Positions 17,997 through 27,536 of a DNA stretch of 64,000 nt are shown here, piece after piece. The notes below the pieces were generated by a model that was not told where the DNA came from, searched no databases, and saw only the letters and a list, made by a program, of their open reading frames with translations. The DNA comes from a bacterium. GTDB taxonomy: Bacteria; J088; JAWLBW01. The DNA is taken from contig JAWLHK010000002.1 of NCBI GenBank assembly GCA_041690355.1, forward strand, positions 62,001 through 126,000, written 5' to 3'. Both the position numbers and the translations under genes were made by a program. The number at the start of each line of letters is the position of its first letter. Position 1 is the stretch's first letter.

Positions 17997-18971
17997 ATGC
18001 TGGGTTATCTGCTGCGACGGCTGGTCGGCCTCGTCCCCCTGCTGGTGGGCATCAGCCTGATCAGCTTCACCGTCATGCATCTTGCGCCGGGCGAGCCCGC
18101 CATCGTCGAGGGCGAGCTGGGCAAGAAGCAGAGCGCCGAGCTGCGCCAGCAACTGCGCGAGCTGTACGGCCTCGACAAGCCGCTTCACGAGCAGTACGTC
18201 GACTGGGTCGGCCGCATGGTGCGCCTCGATTTCGGGCTCTCGATGACCACGAACCGGCAGCCGGTGCTCGACAAGATTCTCGAGAAGCTGCCGATTACGA
18301 TTCTGATCAATATCTGCACCATCGTCGTCATCCTCCTCGTCAGCGTGCCCCTGGGGGTGGCCTCGGCGACCCGCCACGGCAGAACGTTCGACAAGGTGAC
18401 CACGGTGGCGGTCTTCATCGGTTTCGCCACGCCGGCCTTCTGGTTCGCCCTGCTGCTCATGCTCTTTTTCGGGGTCTGGCTCGGCTGGCTCCCCATCTCG
18501 GGCATCACGAGCCTGAACTTCGAGCAGCTGGGCCCGCTGGCCAAGGTCGGCGACGTGCTGCGCCACCTGGTCATGCCGGTGCTCGCGCTCACCTTCGGCG
18601 CCTTCGCCTACAACAGCCGCATCATCCGCGGGAGCATGCTCGAGGTCATCCGCCAGGATTACATCGTCACTGCGCGCGCCAAGGGGCTGCCCGAGACGAC
18701 CGTCGTCTACAAGCATGCCCTGCGTAATGCGCTGCTCCCGATGGTCACGATTCTGGGTCTCTGGGTGCCCGAGCTCATCGGCGGCAGCGTCATCATCGAG
18801 ACGATCTTCGCCATTCCGGGCATGGGCCGTCTCTTCTTCGAGAGCGTCAGCGCGCGCGACTACACGACGATCATGGGCATTCTCACGATCGGCGCCTTTC
18901 TGACGCTCCTTGGCAACCTGCTGGCCGACCTGCTCTACGGCATCGTCGATCCGCGCATCCGGCACCGGTGA
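17997..18971 (+). CDS. oppB: Peptide ABC transporter permease OppB/DppB
   Basis: YGLDKPL..QY, QDYIVTARAKGL, HALRNA, VDPRI. Confidence 0.94.
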   Translation: MLGYLLRRLVGLVPLLVGISLISFTVMHLAPGEPAIVEGELGKKQSAELRQQLRELYGLDKPLHEQYVDWVGRMVRLDFGLSMTTNRQPVLDKILEKLPITILINICTIVVILLVSVPLGVASATRHGRTFDKVTTVAVFIGFATPAFWFALLLMLFFGVWLGWLPISGITSLNFEQLGPLAKVGDVLRHLVMPVLALTFGAFAYNSRIIRGSMLEVIRQDYIVTARAKGLPETTVVYKHALRNALLPMVTILGLWVPELIGGSVIIETIFAIPGMGRLFFESVSARDYTTIMGILTIGAFLTLLGNLLADLLYGIVDPRIRHR

Positions 18972-18972
18972 G

Positions 18973-18988
18973 TGTGATCTGGGTCACA
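18973..18988. promoter_or_regulatory. CRP/Fnr-family binding site
   Basis: Perfect TGTGA-N6-TCACA (TGTGATCTGGGTCACA) in the AT-richer gap upstream of the MshEN gene. Confidence 0.7.
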
Positions 18989-19021
18989 CCGTAACGTGTG
19001 GAATTGATTAGGGGTTTTGCA

Positions 19022-19051
19022 TTGTCGGCCGGGGTGGTGAGGGTGTACAAT
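19022..19051 (+). promoter_or_regulatory. Putative sigma70 promoter internal to the opp operon
   Basis: TTGTCG-18 bp-TACAAT. Confidence 0.45.
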
Positions 19052-19076
19052 ACAACCACAGGGTGGGAGTGAATTC

Positions 19077-19982
19077 ATGGCAGAGCGAAAGAGACTCGGC
19101 GAACTGCTGCTCGAAGGCGGCCTCATCGACGAATACCAGCTGAAGAGCGCCCTCGCTCACCAGAAACAGTGGGGCGGCCGCCTGGGTTCGAACATGGTGA
19201 AGCTCGGCTTCATCACCGAAGACGAACTCGTCTCGTTTCTGAGCTACACCTTTCGCACGCCGGCGGTCAATCTGCATGCCGTGCGCGTGCCCCCCGCCAT
19301 GGTGGCCCTGATCCCGAAAGACGTCGCCAAGAAGTACGGCGTGATCCCCCTGCTGCAGAGCCCCGACAAGAAGAAACTGGTCATCGCCATGAGCGATCCG
19401 ACCAACCTGGCCGCCATCGACGAGCTGAACTTTCTCGTCGGCGCCCGGGTGCTGCCCGTAATCGCCGCCGACACCAGCATCGAAGAGGCCATGGCCCACT
19501 ATTACGACCAGGCCGTGCAGATGAAATTTCTGCCGAACGCGAAGCTGAGCGTCGAGGCCGATATCCTGGCCCGCCCGCCGGCCGAGCTGCCGCGTCGCGC
19601 CCGTAAAGTCGAGAACCTGGCCACCGGCAAGATCGACATCTCCGGCACGGAGGAGGAGGAGGACGTCGTCACCGGCGCCCCCGATGAACCCGACTTCTCG
19701 AACATGAAGCTGGACGACGATGACGACGACCCGACGCTGAACGAGCTGGTGGTCTTCACGGGCGGGCGCCAGAAAACGATACAGCTCGAAGAGGCCAGGG
19801 CCCAGGCCCAGCCCGCCCCCGCGGCTAAGCCGGCTGCAGATCCCTACATGACGCAGACCGTGCTGCGCGCCGGCCTCGACGGCGGCAAACCGACGGCCGA
19901 CCAGCTCGTCATGGCGCTCATTCGCACCCTGATCGACAAAGGGTTCGTCACCAAAGAAGAAATCCTGGCCCAGCTGAAGTGA
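19077..19982 (+). CDS. Stand-alone MshEN (GSPII_E N-terminal) domain protein, putative c-di-GMP receptor
   Basis: RLGELLLEGGLI...QL..AL..Q...GGRLG..MVKLGFITE double motif, then AMSDPTNL; acidic linker; no ATPase domain. Confidence 0.85.
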   Translation: MAERKRLGELLLEGGLIDEYQLKSALAHQKQWGGRLGSNMVKLGFITEDELVSFLSYTFRTPAVNLHAVRVPPAMVALIPKDVAKKYGVIPLLQSPDKKKLVIAMSDPTNLAAIDELNFLVGARVLPVIAADTSIEEAMAHYYDQAVQMKFLPNAKLSVEADILARPPAELPRRARKVENLATGKIDISGTEEEEDVVTGAPDEPDFSNMKLDDDDDDPTLNELVVFTGGRQKTIQLEEARAQAQPAPAAKPAADPYMTQTVLRAGLDGGKPTADQLVMALIRTLIDKGFVTKEEILAQLK

Positions 19983-20845
19983 CCGGCACTGCGACTCCTA
20001 AATCACCCGGCCGGCTGTTCTGGAACCGTTTCCGACACAACCGGCTGGCGGTCGCCGGCGCGGCCATCGTGTTTCTGCTCTTTCTGACGGCGGTCTTCGC
20101 GCGCCTGATCGCGCCGTTCGACCCCGAAGCCATCGATCTGTACAAGGTTCTCCAGCCCCCCTCGGCCGAGCACTGGCTCGGCACCGACGAGCTCGGGCGC
20201 GACGTGTTCAGCCGTATGGTCTTCGGCGCGCGCATCTCGCTCATGGTCGGCCTGCTCTCGGTGGGCATCGCCGTGTTTATCGGCACCTTCTTCGGCGCGA
20301 TGGCGGGCTATTACGGACGCTGGGCCGACACGGTGATCATGCGCTTCGTCGACATCATGCTCAGTTTTCCGACCATCTTTCTCATCATCGCATCGATTGC
20401 TTTTCTGGAGCCGAACATCCTGACGATCATGGCGGTCATCGGGCTGACGAGCTGGATGGGCATCGCGCGCCTGGTGCGGGCTGAATTTCTGTCGCTGCGC
20501 GAGCGGGAGTTCGTGCTCGCCGCGCGGGCGCAGGGGGCGGGCGATTTCCGCATCATCTTCCGCCACATCCTGCCGAACGCGCTCGTGCCGGTCGTCGTGA
20601 CGGCCACCATTGGCGTGGCCGGCGCGATTCTCACCGAGAGCTCACTCAGCTTTCTCGGCATCGGCGTGCAGCCGCCCACGCCGAGCTGGGGTAACATCCT
20701 CACCTCGGGCAAGGACAACATCGACATCGCCTGGTGGATGAGCGTGTTTCCCGGCCTCGCGATTCTCGTCACCGTGCTCGGCTACAACCTGCTCGGCGAG
20801 GGGCTGCGCGACTCGCTCGATCCGCGCCTGCGGGGGAGGAGCTGA
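19979..20845 (+). CDS. oppC: Peptide ABC transporter permease OppC/DppC
   Basis: HWLGTDELGRDVFSR, FVLAARAQGA, HILPN, ESSLSFLGIG, LGEGLRDSLDP. Confidence 0.94.
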   Translation: MTGTATPKSPGRLFWNRFRHNRLAVAGAAIVFLLFLTAVFARLIAPFDPEAIDLYKVLQPPSAEHWLGTDELGRDVFSRMVFGARISLMVGLLSVGIAVFIGTFFGAMAGYYGRWADTVIMRFVDIMLSFPTIFLIIASIAFLEPNILTIMAVIGLTSWMGIARLVRAEFLSLREREFVLAARAQGAGDFRIIFRHILPNALVPVVVTATIGVAGAILTESSLSFLGIGVQPPTPSWGNILTSGKDNIDIAWWMSVFPGLAILVTVLGYNLLGEGLRDSLDPRLRGRS

Positions 20846-21873
20846 TGGCTGCCCCTCTGCTCTCGGTGCGTAACCTGCGCACCTGGTTCCGCGTGGCGCG
20901 GGGCTGGGTGCATGCCGTCGACGACATTTCCTTCGACATTCCCCCCTCGACCATCGTGGGTCTCGTCGGCGAATCGGGAAGCGGCAAGAGCGTCACCGGA
21001 CTCTCTCTGCTGCGGCTCGTGGCGACCCCGCCGGGCAAGTACGTCGGCGGCTCGATTCTGTGGAAGGGGGAGGACCTGCTCCGGCTCTCGCCCGAGGCCA
21101 TGCGCGCCCATCGTGGCAGCGACATCGCCATGATCTTTCAGGAGCCGATGACGAGCCTGAACCCCGTGTTCCGCATCGGCGAGCAGATCGCCGAAGTGCT
21201 CGAGGTGCACACGACGATGAATCGCGCGCAGCGGCGCGAGCGGGTCATCGAGCTGCTGCGCGAGGTCGGCATTCCGGAGCCCGAAGAGCGGTACGAGCAG
21301 TACCCGAATCAGCTTTCGGGGGGCATGCGCCAGCGCGTCATGATCGCCATGGCTCTCGCCTGCAATCCGAAGCTGCTCGTGGCCGACGAGCCGACGACGG
21401 CGCTCGACGTGACGATCCAGGCGCAGATTCTCGAGCTGATCGGCCGCCTCAAGGACAAGTACCAGATGAGCGTGCTGCTCGTGACGCATGACCTGGGGGT
21501 CGTCGCCGAGCTCTGCAGCGAGGTGCTCGTCATGTATGCCGGGCGCATCGTCGAACGCGGGCCTACGGCCGACGTGATTGCGAATCCGCTGCACCCTTAC
21601 ACGCGCGGGCTGCTGAGCTCGCTGCCGCGCGTCGGCATGGGCCGGGCGCGCCTGGAGACGATCCCGGGCATCGTGCCCGATCTGGTGGCGCCGCCGCCGC
21701 GCTGCCGGTTTCTCGAACGCTGCCCGAACCGCATCGATCGCTGCGCGCAGCAGGATCCCTCGCTCGACGAACTGAGCCCGGGCCGCTTCGCGGCCTGTTT
21801 TCACCCCTGTGCGGGGAGCCGTGCGAGTGCGGCGCGCCCGCCGGAGACCGTGACGCCCGATGAGTCTGCTTGA
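20845..21873 (+). CDS. oppD: Peptide ABC transporter ATP-binding protein OppD/DppD
   Basis: [35 protein letters not shown]-terminal Cys cluster; start at the TGATG overlap. Confidence 0.94.
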   Translation: MAAPLLSVRNLRTWFRVARGWVHAVDDISFDIPPSTIVGLVGESGSGKSVTGLSLLRLVATPPGKYVGGSILWKGEDLLRLSPEAMRAHRGSDIAMIFQEPMTSLNPVFRIGEQIAEVLEVHTTMNRAQRRERVIELLREVGIPEPEERYEQYPNQLSGGMRQRVMIAMALACNPKLLVADEPTTALDVTIQAQILELIGRLKDKYQMSVLLVTHDLGVVAELCSEVLVMYAGRIVERGPTADVIANPLHPYTRGLLSSLPRVGMGRARLETIPGIVPDLVAPPPRCRFLERCPNRIDRCAQQDPSLDELSPGRFAACFHPCAGSRASAARPPETVTPDESA

Positions 21874-22825
21874 CGTCCGCAACCTGAGCAAGGTCTACCA
21901 TGTGCAGCGCGGCCTGCTCGGCCGCCATGTCGACGTGCACGCCGTGCGCGACGTCTCGTTCACGGTCGAGCCGGGCGAAACGCTGGGCATCGTAGGCGAG
22001 TCGGGCTGCGGCAAGAGCACGCTCGGGCGCACCCTGCTGCGGCTCATCGAACCCAGCGCGGGGAGCGCGCGGCTCGAGGGGCAGGACCTTTTCGCCCTGC
22101 GCGGCGCCGCCCTGAAGAAGGCCCGGCGCGGCATGCAGATGATCTTTCAGGATCCGTTCGCAAGTCTGAATCCCCGCATGCGGGTCGGCGAAATCGTCGC
22201 CGAGCCGTTGCTCGTGCACGGCATGGCGAGCGGCAGCGAGCGGCGCGAACGGGTTCACGGCCTGCTCGAGAAAGTGGGCCTGCGACCCGAGGCCTACGAC
22301 AAGTATCCGCATGAGTTTTCGGGGGGCCAGCGCCAGCGCATCGGCATCGCCCGGGCCCTGGCCGTGCTGCCGCGCCTGATCGTGGCCGACGAGCCGGTCT
22401 CGGCGCTCGACGTCTCGATTCAGGCCCAGGTGCTCAACCTGCTCATGGATCTGCAGGACGAGTTCGGGCTCTCCTACGTCTTCATCTCGCACGACCTGCG
22501 CGTCGTCGAGCATCTGGCCCATCGCGTCGCCGTCATGTATCTCGGCAGCTTCGTCGAGGTTGCGCCTGTGCAGGACCTGTTCCGCTCGCCCCGGCATCCG
22601 TACACTGAAGCACTGCTCTCTTCGATTCCGCGTATCGACGCGGCGGCGCGCCGGGACCGCATCGTGCTGCGCGGCGACGTGCCGAGCCCCATTCATCCGC
22701 CCCCGGGCTGCCCGTTTCACCCGCGCTGCCCCTACGCGCAGGAGCGCTGCCGCACCGAGGTCCCCTCGCTGCGCGAGCTCGACCCCGGCCGCCAGGTCGC
22801 CTGCCACTTTCCCGTCGGCGAATAA
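21860..22825 (+). CDS. oppF: Peptide ABC transporter ATP-binding protein OppF/DppF
   Basis: [43 protein letters not shown]. Confidence 0.94.
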   Translation: MSLLDVRNLSKVYHVQRGLLGRHVDVHAVRDVSFTVEPGETLGIVGESGCGKSTLGRTLLRLIEPSAGSARLEGQDLFALRGAALKKARRGMQMIFQDPFASLNPRMRVGEIVAEPLLVHGMASGSERRERVHGLLEKVGLRPEAYDKYPHEFSGGQRQRIGIARALAVLPRLIVADEPVSALDVSIQAQVLNLLMDLQDEFGLSYVFISHDLRVVEHLAHRVAVMYLGSFVEVAPVQDLFRSPRHPYTEALLSSIPRIDAAARRDRIVLRGDVPSPIHPPPGCPFHPRCPYAQERCRTEVPSLRELDPGRQVACHFPVGE

Positions 22826-22878
22826 TTCCGTAACGCCCGCGATACAGGCGGGAAACAAGCGGCCGCTATTCTGACTGC

Positions 22879-24066
22879 ATGATCAGCGTGCAGCCGGTTC
22901 CCGCGCCACCACAGGAGGACGCACCCGCAATGCGGGTCGGCGACTTCGTGACCGGCCGCGCACTGCTCGCTCCCGACATCACGGGCGAGCTCGTCGAACG
23001 CTGGTTCCACGAAAACCCCGGCTTCGACACCGTGCCCGTCGTGCACCCCGACGGCACGATCGTCGGCGCCGTGAACCGGCAGCGCTTTCTCTACATGCTC
23101 AGCGGCCGTTTCGGGCACGCGCTCTACGGGCAGCGTCCCATCGCCGAGATCATGGAGCGGGAGTTTCTGCTCGTTCCGGCGGAATGCGACCTGCAATCCG
23201 TCGGCGAGTACCTGTCGACGCGCGCGAACGTCAATTTCTACGACGACGTCATCGTCGATCTGCAGCCGGGCTACGGCATCGCCCCCGCGCGGGCCATCCT
23301 CGAGGCGCTGCACCGGCTTTCGGACCAGATGCGTCGCGACCTGGCCATGTTCCAGAGTGAGAACCGGCGCCTCCAGGTACAGGCCGAAGCCCGCTGGGAG
23401 ATGATCTCTTCGCTTTCGCACGAGCTGCGGACGCCCCTGGCCACGATTGTCGGCTATGCGGAACTTGCGGAGATGGTTCTCGACAGCGATCCCGCGCGCG
23501 CCCGGGCCCATCTGGCGAAGCTTCGTTCGGGGGCCGACGAGCTGTTCGGGCACATTCAGTCGGTGCTCGACATGGCGCGCGCCGCGGCCGGGCGCCTCGA
23601 GCTCGATCTCGAACGCTTCGACTTCCGCAGCGAAATTCAGTCCGCGGTCGAACTGGCGGGCATCCTCACGCGCGAACGGCCGATTCAGATCGGCCACCTG
23701 CAGCCTCCCGATCCGGTCTGGGTCTGGATGGACCGGCGCAAGGTGCGGCAGGTGCTGGTGAATCTCGTCGGCAACGCCGCCAAGTTTACCTCCTCGGGAA
23801 GCATTCGCATAGCGCTCATGCGCGAGGGGAGAGAGGTCGCCGTCTCGGTCGCCGATACGGGGCCGGGCATTCCGGAAGACAAGCTCAAAGGACTGTTTGA
23901 GCGCTTTGAACGAGTCGGCGATCGCAGCATCGAGGGTTCGGGCCTCGGCTTGAGCATCGTCAAGGCGCTTGTCGAGGCGCAGGGCGGACGCGTCTCTGTA
24001 CGCTCGACCGTGGGCCAGGGCTCCGAGTTCTCCGTCTACTACTCCGTAACGGATCAGGCATCATGA
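22879..24066 (+). CDS. Cytoplasmic sensor histidine kinase with an N-terminal CBS pair
   Basis: CBS-like N-terminus (VPVV..DG.IVG.V.R), H box SHELRTPL, N box NLVGNAAKFT, G1 DTGPGI, G2 GSGLGL; no TM segment. Confidence 0.88.
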   Translation: MISVQPVPAPPQEDAPAMRVGDFVTGRALLAPDITGELVERWFHENPGFDTVPVVHPDGTIVGAVNRQRFLYMLSGRFGHALYGQRPIAEIMEREFLLVPAECDLQSVGEYLSTRANVNFYDDVIVDLQPGYGIAPARAILEALHRLSDQMRRDLAMFQSENRRLQVQAEARWEMISSLSHELRTPLATIVGYAELAEMVLDSDPARARAHLAKLRSGADELFGHIQSVLDMARAAAGRLELDLERFDFRSEIQSAVELAGILTRERPIQIGHLQPPDPVWVWMDRRKVRQVLVNLVGNAAKFTSSGSIRIALMREGREVAVSVADTGPGIPEDKLKGLFERFERVGDRSIEGSGLGLSIVKALVEAQGGRVSVRSTVGQGSEFSVYYSVTDQAS

Positions 24067-24443
24067 AAATTCTTTACTGCGACGACGATCACCGGATGCT
24101 CGAGCTGGTCGGCGAGTTCTTCCGCATCGCGGGCCACGAAATCATGGTCACCGACACGGCCTTCGGGCTCACGAAGCAGGTCGCATCGATGCGGCCCGAC
24201 GTACTGCTGCTCGACTACCGCATGCCGGCGCTCTCGGGCGACAACTACATGCGCGTTTTTCAGTCGACCCCGGCGGCCCGGCACACGCGCGTCATCTATT
24301 ATTCCGCCGAGGATACGGTGCGCCTTGGTGAACTCGTGGCTTCGACCGGGGCCGTGGCGTTCATTCCCAAGAGCACGATGGGGCGCGGGCTCGTCGCCGA
24401 GGTTGAACGCATTCTTGCGCAGGGAGAGCCCGCCGCAGTCTGA
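24063..24443 (+). CDS. Single-domain response regulator (receiver)
   Basis: ILYCDDD, LLDYRMP, YYSA, FIPK; ATGA overlap with the kinase. Confidence 0.9.
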   Translation: MKILYCDDDHRMLELVGEFFRIAGHEIMVTDTAFGLTKQVASMRPDVLLLDYRMPALSGDNYMRVFQSTPAARHTRVIYYSAEDTVRLGELVASTGAVAFIPKSTMGRGLVAEVERILAQGEPAAV

Positions 24444-24445
24444 CG

Positions 24446-24748
24446 AACCATCCGTCCCGCACAATTTGAGCCCACGTCTGCGAACATAGGGCGACTCGCA
24501 AATAGGGAGACCGCAGGCGTGGGCTCATTCATTTCCATTCGGTGGCCACGGAACGATCCGTTTCAAACAATTTGAGCCTGCGTCTGCGATCATAGGGCGA
24601 CTCGCAAACAGGGAGACCGCAGGCGTGGGCTCATTCTTTTTCCATCGTTGCCACGGAGCGATCCATCCCGCACAATTTGAGCCCACGTCTGCGAACATAG
24701 GGCGACTCGCAAACAGGGAGACCGCAGACGTGGGCTCATTCATTTCTC
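24446..24748. repeat. Three tandem ~105-bp units, each with a 16-bp inverted repeat (REP/BIME-like hairpin array)
   Basis: ACAATTTGAGCC at 24461, 24567 and 24672; arms TGAGCCCACGTCTGCG ... CGCAG(A/G)CGTGGGCTCA around a conserved 29-nt loop. Confidence 0.92.
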
Positions 24749-24832
24749 CATTCCATCGCGGAGGCTCGCGCAGGGCCGCCCATTGCGCTGTCCCTGGGTC
24801 TGTGGCTTCGGAGGAAGCAGGGGAATGCGCAC

Positions 24833-24870
24833 AAGAAAAAGCCCCCGCCCCTGTACAAGCAGGCGAGGGC
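24833..24870 (-). terminator. Possible terminator of the acid phosphatase gene
   Basis: Imperfect GCCCCCGCC/GGCGAGGGC hairpin with a T run on the minus strand. Confidence 0.45.
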
Positions 24871-24893
24871 CTCCGGGATGAACTTCTGTATTT

Positions 24894-26222
24894 TCAGGCT
24901 CGGGAGATCAGCCTGCGGGCGAGAAGGGGCAGCAGCAGCCAGAGAAGGGCCAGCGGCGAAGCGCCTGCGGTGCTGCAATGCCACAGCGGGCCGTTCAGGA
25001 TGCCGCGCGAGGCCTCGGCTTCAGGGGCGGCGTCGGCGGCGGGCTTCCGCTCGGGGGCGACGTATTCGAAGGTTTCCAGCACGGTGCCTGAAAGCCGCTT
25101 CGCGGTGTAGGTGAGCTTGGGGCCGTCGATTTCGATGACCACGTAGTTCTCAACCGATTCCGAAAGCGCCGTCCAATAGTTGCGGCCGTTGCCGTAGAGC
25201 GGCGCGCCGACGCCGGCAGCCACGACATAGACCGTGCCGTCATCCATGCTCGACTGCACCGAGCCCTTGTTGAGCGGAAAACTGCGTTCGTAGTTGTGAT
25301 CATGGCCGTTGAAGACCATGTTGACGTGATAGCGGTCGAACAGCGGTGCCCAGACGCGCTGCAGGTTCGCTTCGCTGCCATGCTTGTTGGACGAGGAGTA
25401 GAAGGGCTGGTGGTTGACCACGAAGATCCACTGCTCGGTGGCGTTCTTCAATTCGTTCTCCAGCCAGGTATACTGCGGACCATCCAGGCGTGACGGGCGC
25501 AGGGCGAAGATGTAGTTGTCGTTCAGGAAGATGAACTTCGCATTGCCGTAGCTGAACGAGTAGTACTGCTCGGCGTCGTCTTCTTCGGGGATATTCTTCG
25601 GGAGCTCGAAGCGCTCGAAGTAATTGTCGGCAAGGGCGTCATGGTTCCCGTACGTCGGCATGAACGGAACGAGACGCATGGTGTCTTCGCCAGCCTTGAA
25701 CCACGCGTCCCATTCCTGTTCTTTCCCCTGCATGGTGGCATCGCCGCTGAAGACGAAGAATTGCGCGTCTTCCTTGCGCATGGCTTCCATGGCACGCCCG
25801 AAGAGTCGATAGTCGCCCCGCGAGTCGCCGAAGGCGATGAAGCGGAACCTGGGCGCGGCGTCTTCGGGCGCGGTCTGAAAGGTGAGGTCGGGAGATACCG
25901 CCCCTGCGTCGTCGCCGACCCGGTAGTGATAGAGCGTTCCGGGCTGCAGCCCGGTCGCATCGGCTGCCCAGAAGCGGCGCGAGGCGCCCGGGTACTCGAT
26001 CTTCCGGGCAGTGATGCGGTCCGTGTACTTGCCGGCCTCGAGACCGTATTCGAGCACACCCGTCGTCGTGGTCGCGCCTGTCGCCCATTGGACCGTCATC
26101 GTCGTTTTCGTATCCCCCTGCCAGGTGAGGTGGATCTGTTCGGGCCCCAGCGCCGCGGCCTCGCCGGGTGTGACGGCCCCCAGGGCACAGAGGAACATAC
26201 TTGTCATCAGGATTCGAAACAT
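24894..26222 (-). CDS. Purple acid phosphatase-like metallophosphoesterase (FN3-like N domain) with a MYXO-CTERM-like tail
   Basis: Signal peptide; PEQIHLTW; FGDSRG, SGD, GNHD, H.PFY, GHDHNYER; C-terminal Cys + TM + RR. Confidence 0.9.
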   Translation of the reverse strand: MFRILMTSMFLCALGAVTPGEAAALGPEQIHLTWQGDTKTTMTVQWATGATTTTGVLEYGLEAGKYTDRITARKIEYPGASRRFWAADATGLQPGTLYHYRVGDDAGAVSPDLTFQTAPEDAAPRFRFIAFGDSRGDYRLFGRAMEAMRKEDAQFFVFSGDATMQGKEQEWDAWFKAGEDTMRLVPFMPTYGNHDALADNYFERFELPKNIPEEDDAEQYYSFSYGNAKFIFLNDNYIFALRPSRLDGPQYTWLENELKNATEQWIFVVNHQPFYSSSNKHGSEANLQRVWAPLFDRYHVNMVFNGHDHNYERSFPLNKGSVQSSMDDGTVYVVAAGVGAPLYGNGRNYWTALSESVENYVVIEIDGPKLTYTAKRLSGTVLETFEYVAPERKPAADAAPEAEASRGILNGPLWHCSTAGASPLALLWLLLPLLARRLISRA

Positions 26223-26224
26223 GG

Positions 26225-27415
26225 CTACTCCAGACGGACCTGCAGCTGCAGGACGGCGGTATTGTTGTGGTATTCGACCCCTTCGAGCTCGGCGACCTTG
26301 CCGTAGGCGAGCTGCAGTTTCTCGCGGCCGCCGTCGAAGTAGAGGTTGGTGCCGATCCATCCGGCCTCGATCTCCTGTTCCTTGACCGTGGCCCCGGCGG
26401 TGTTCAGGTCATATCGCTCGTACCGGAGAACGAACTCCCACCGGTCGGTAACGGCCGCGAAGATTGGCTGCACGTAGAAGCCGCGCTTGTCGAAGGAGGC
26501 GAATCCGGCGGCAGCCGGCGCCTTGACGCGGGCCAGAAGGTATTCCCCTGAAACGCCCATGCGATCCAGATAAGCGCTGACGTCGCCGCCGACGAGCCGC
26601 GTCTCGGCATTCTGGATATCGCCGTTGTAGTTCAATCCGGCGTTCAAACCGAGAGTCAGGCCCGCCGGACGAAATGCGGTGATTTCCGTTTCGTCGACCG
26701 GCGTTCCGAGCGGCGTCCAGGTCAGACGGCCGACATGAAGAAAGGCGTTGTTGATGTTGCGGCTCAGGTTGCGCCCCTCGCCGTTGAAGACGCCGTACGC
26801 GTAGCCGAGCCGTCCGGCGACACTACCGTGCAGCATGACACCGATGTCCCGGCCGGGTGCGATGGCCGCGATGCCGGCGCGGTCGGGCAGGGCCAGCTCG
26901 CCTGTGTGCGCGATCTCCTGGCGACCGAACGGGGCCTTGAACTGCCCTGCGCGCAGGCCCAGGGCCGCCGACGGCCGGTACTCAACCCAGAAATCCAGCG
27001 GCGTCACTTCGACGGCCGCGTCGAGCTTGATGCGGTAGAACACCGCGTCGGCCAGAGTGCCGCGGGCGCCGATTTCGAGCAGCGTCACCCGGAAACCGGA
27101 TTTGCTGTCGGGGAGGCGCGCATCATCCTCGAGGGCCTCGAAGCGGGCTTTTCCGAGCAGCGTCGGCGTAACCCAGGGCGCGAGGGTCGGCGCGACGAAA
27201 GCCGGTGCGACGGCCTCGGGGGCGCGCGGCAGCTCGCCTGCAGTCGCGGGCGCGAAGACTTCGGGCACCGCCGTCGACGGATCTGGGGCCGTGGCTTCCG
27301 TGACCGGTTCCGCAGCCGCGCCGGTCGGGGCGGTGACCGCCCGGGCATATGCGAGCGGTACTCCGGCGAGAAGCGTGATCAAGATAACGAGAGCGGGAAT
27401 GACAGGGTTTTTCAT
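26225..27415 (-). CDS. Phosphate-selective porin OprO/OprP family
   Basis: Signal peptide; GQFKAPFGRQE, GRDIGVMLHG, GVFNGEG; C-terminal beta strand LQVRLE. Confidence 0.8.
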   Translation of the reverse strand: MKNPVIPALVILITLLAGVPLAYARAVTAPTGAAAEPVTEATAPDPSTAVPEVFAPATAGELPRAPEAVAPAFVAPTLAPWVTPTLLGKARFEALEDDARLPDSKSGFRVTLLEIGARGTLADAVFYRIKLDAAVEVTPLDFWVEYRPSAALGLRAGQFKAPFGRQEIAHTGELALPDRAGIAAIAPGRDIGVMLHGSVAGRLGYAYGVFNGEGRNLSRNINNAFLHVGRLTWTPLGTPVDETEITAFRPAGLTLGLNAGLNYNGDIQNAETRLVGGDVSAYLDRMGVSGEYLLARVKAPAAAGFASFDKRGFYVQPIFAAVTDRWEFVLRYERYDLNTAGATVKEQEIEAGWIGTNLYFDGGREKLQLAYGKVAELEGVEYHNNTAVLQLQVRLE

Positions 27416-27459
27416 ACCCTGCAGGGTGCCCGGCGCCTGTGGCAGGAGCATTTCAGGCC

Positions 27460-27520
27460 GGTTACCGGATGGTTACCGACTTGACCCTCCGGCGTCTGTA
27501 AGGTAACGTGCATGTGACAT
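27460..27520 (-). promoter_or_regulatory. Putative Pho-box-like (OmpR/PhoB family) direct repeats with 11-bp period
   Basis: GGTTACC at 27460 and 27471; GTAAC/GTGAC at 27503 and 27514; upstream of the phosphate porin and phosphatase. Confidence 0.5.
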
Positions 27521-27536
27521 TCGTAAGGCGGTCAAC

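Noticed and set aside
24299-24743. Minus-strand ORFs with a repeated MNEPTxAVSLFASRPM peptide, as a possible RiPP precursor
   Set aside because: The peptide repetition follows from the palindromic DNA repeat, one period (106 bp) breaks the frame, and no modifying enzymes are nearby.
24446-24748. Possible CRISPR array or integron attC array
   Set aside because: The units are conserved over nearly their whole ~105 bp with no unique spacers, no cas genes are present, and there are no RYYYAAC/GTTRRRY ends or cassette ORFs.
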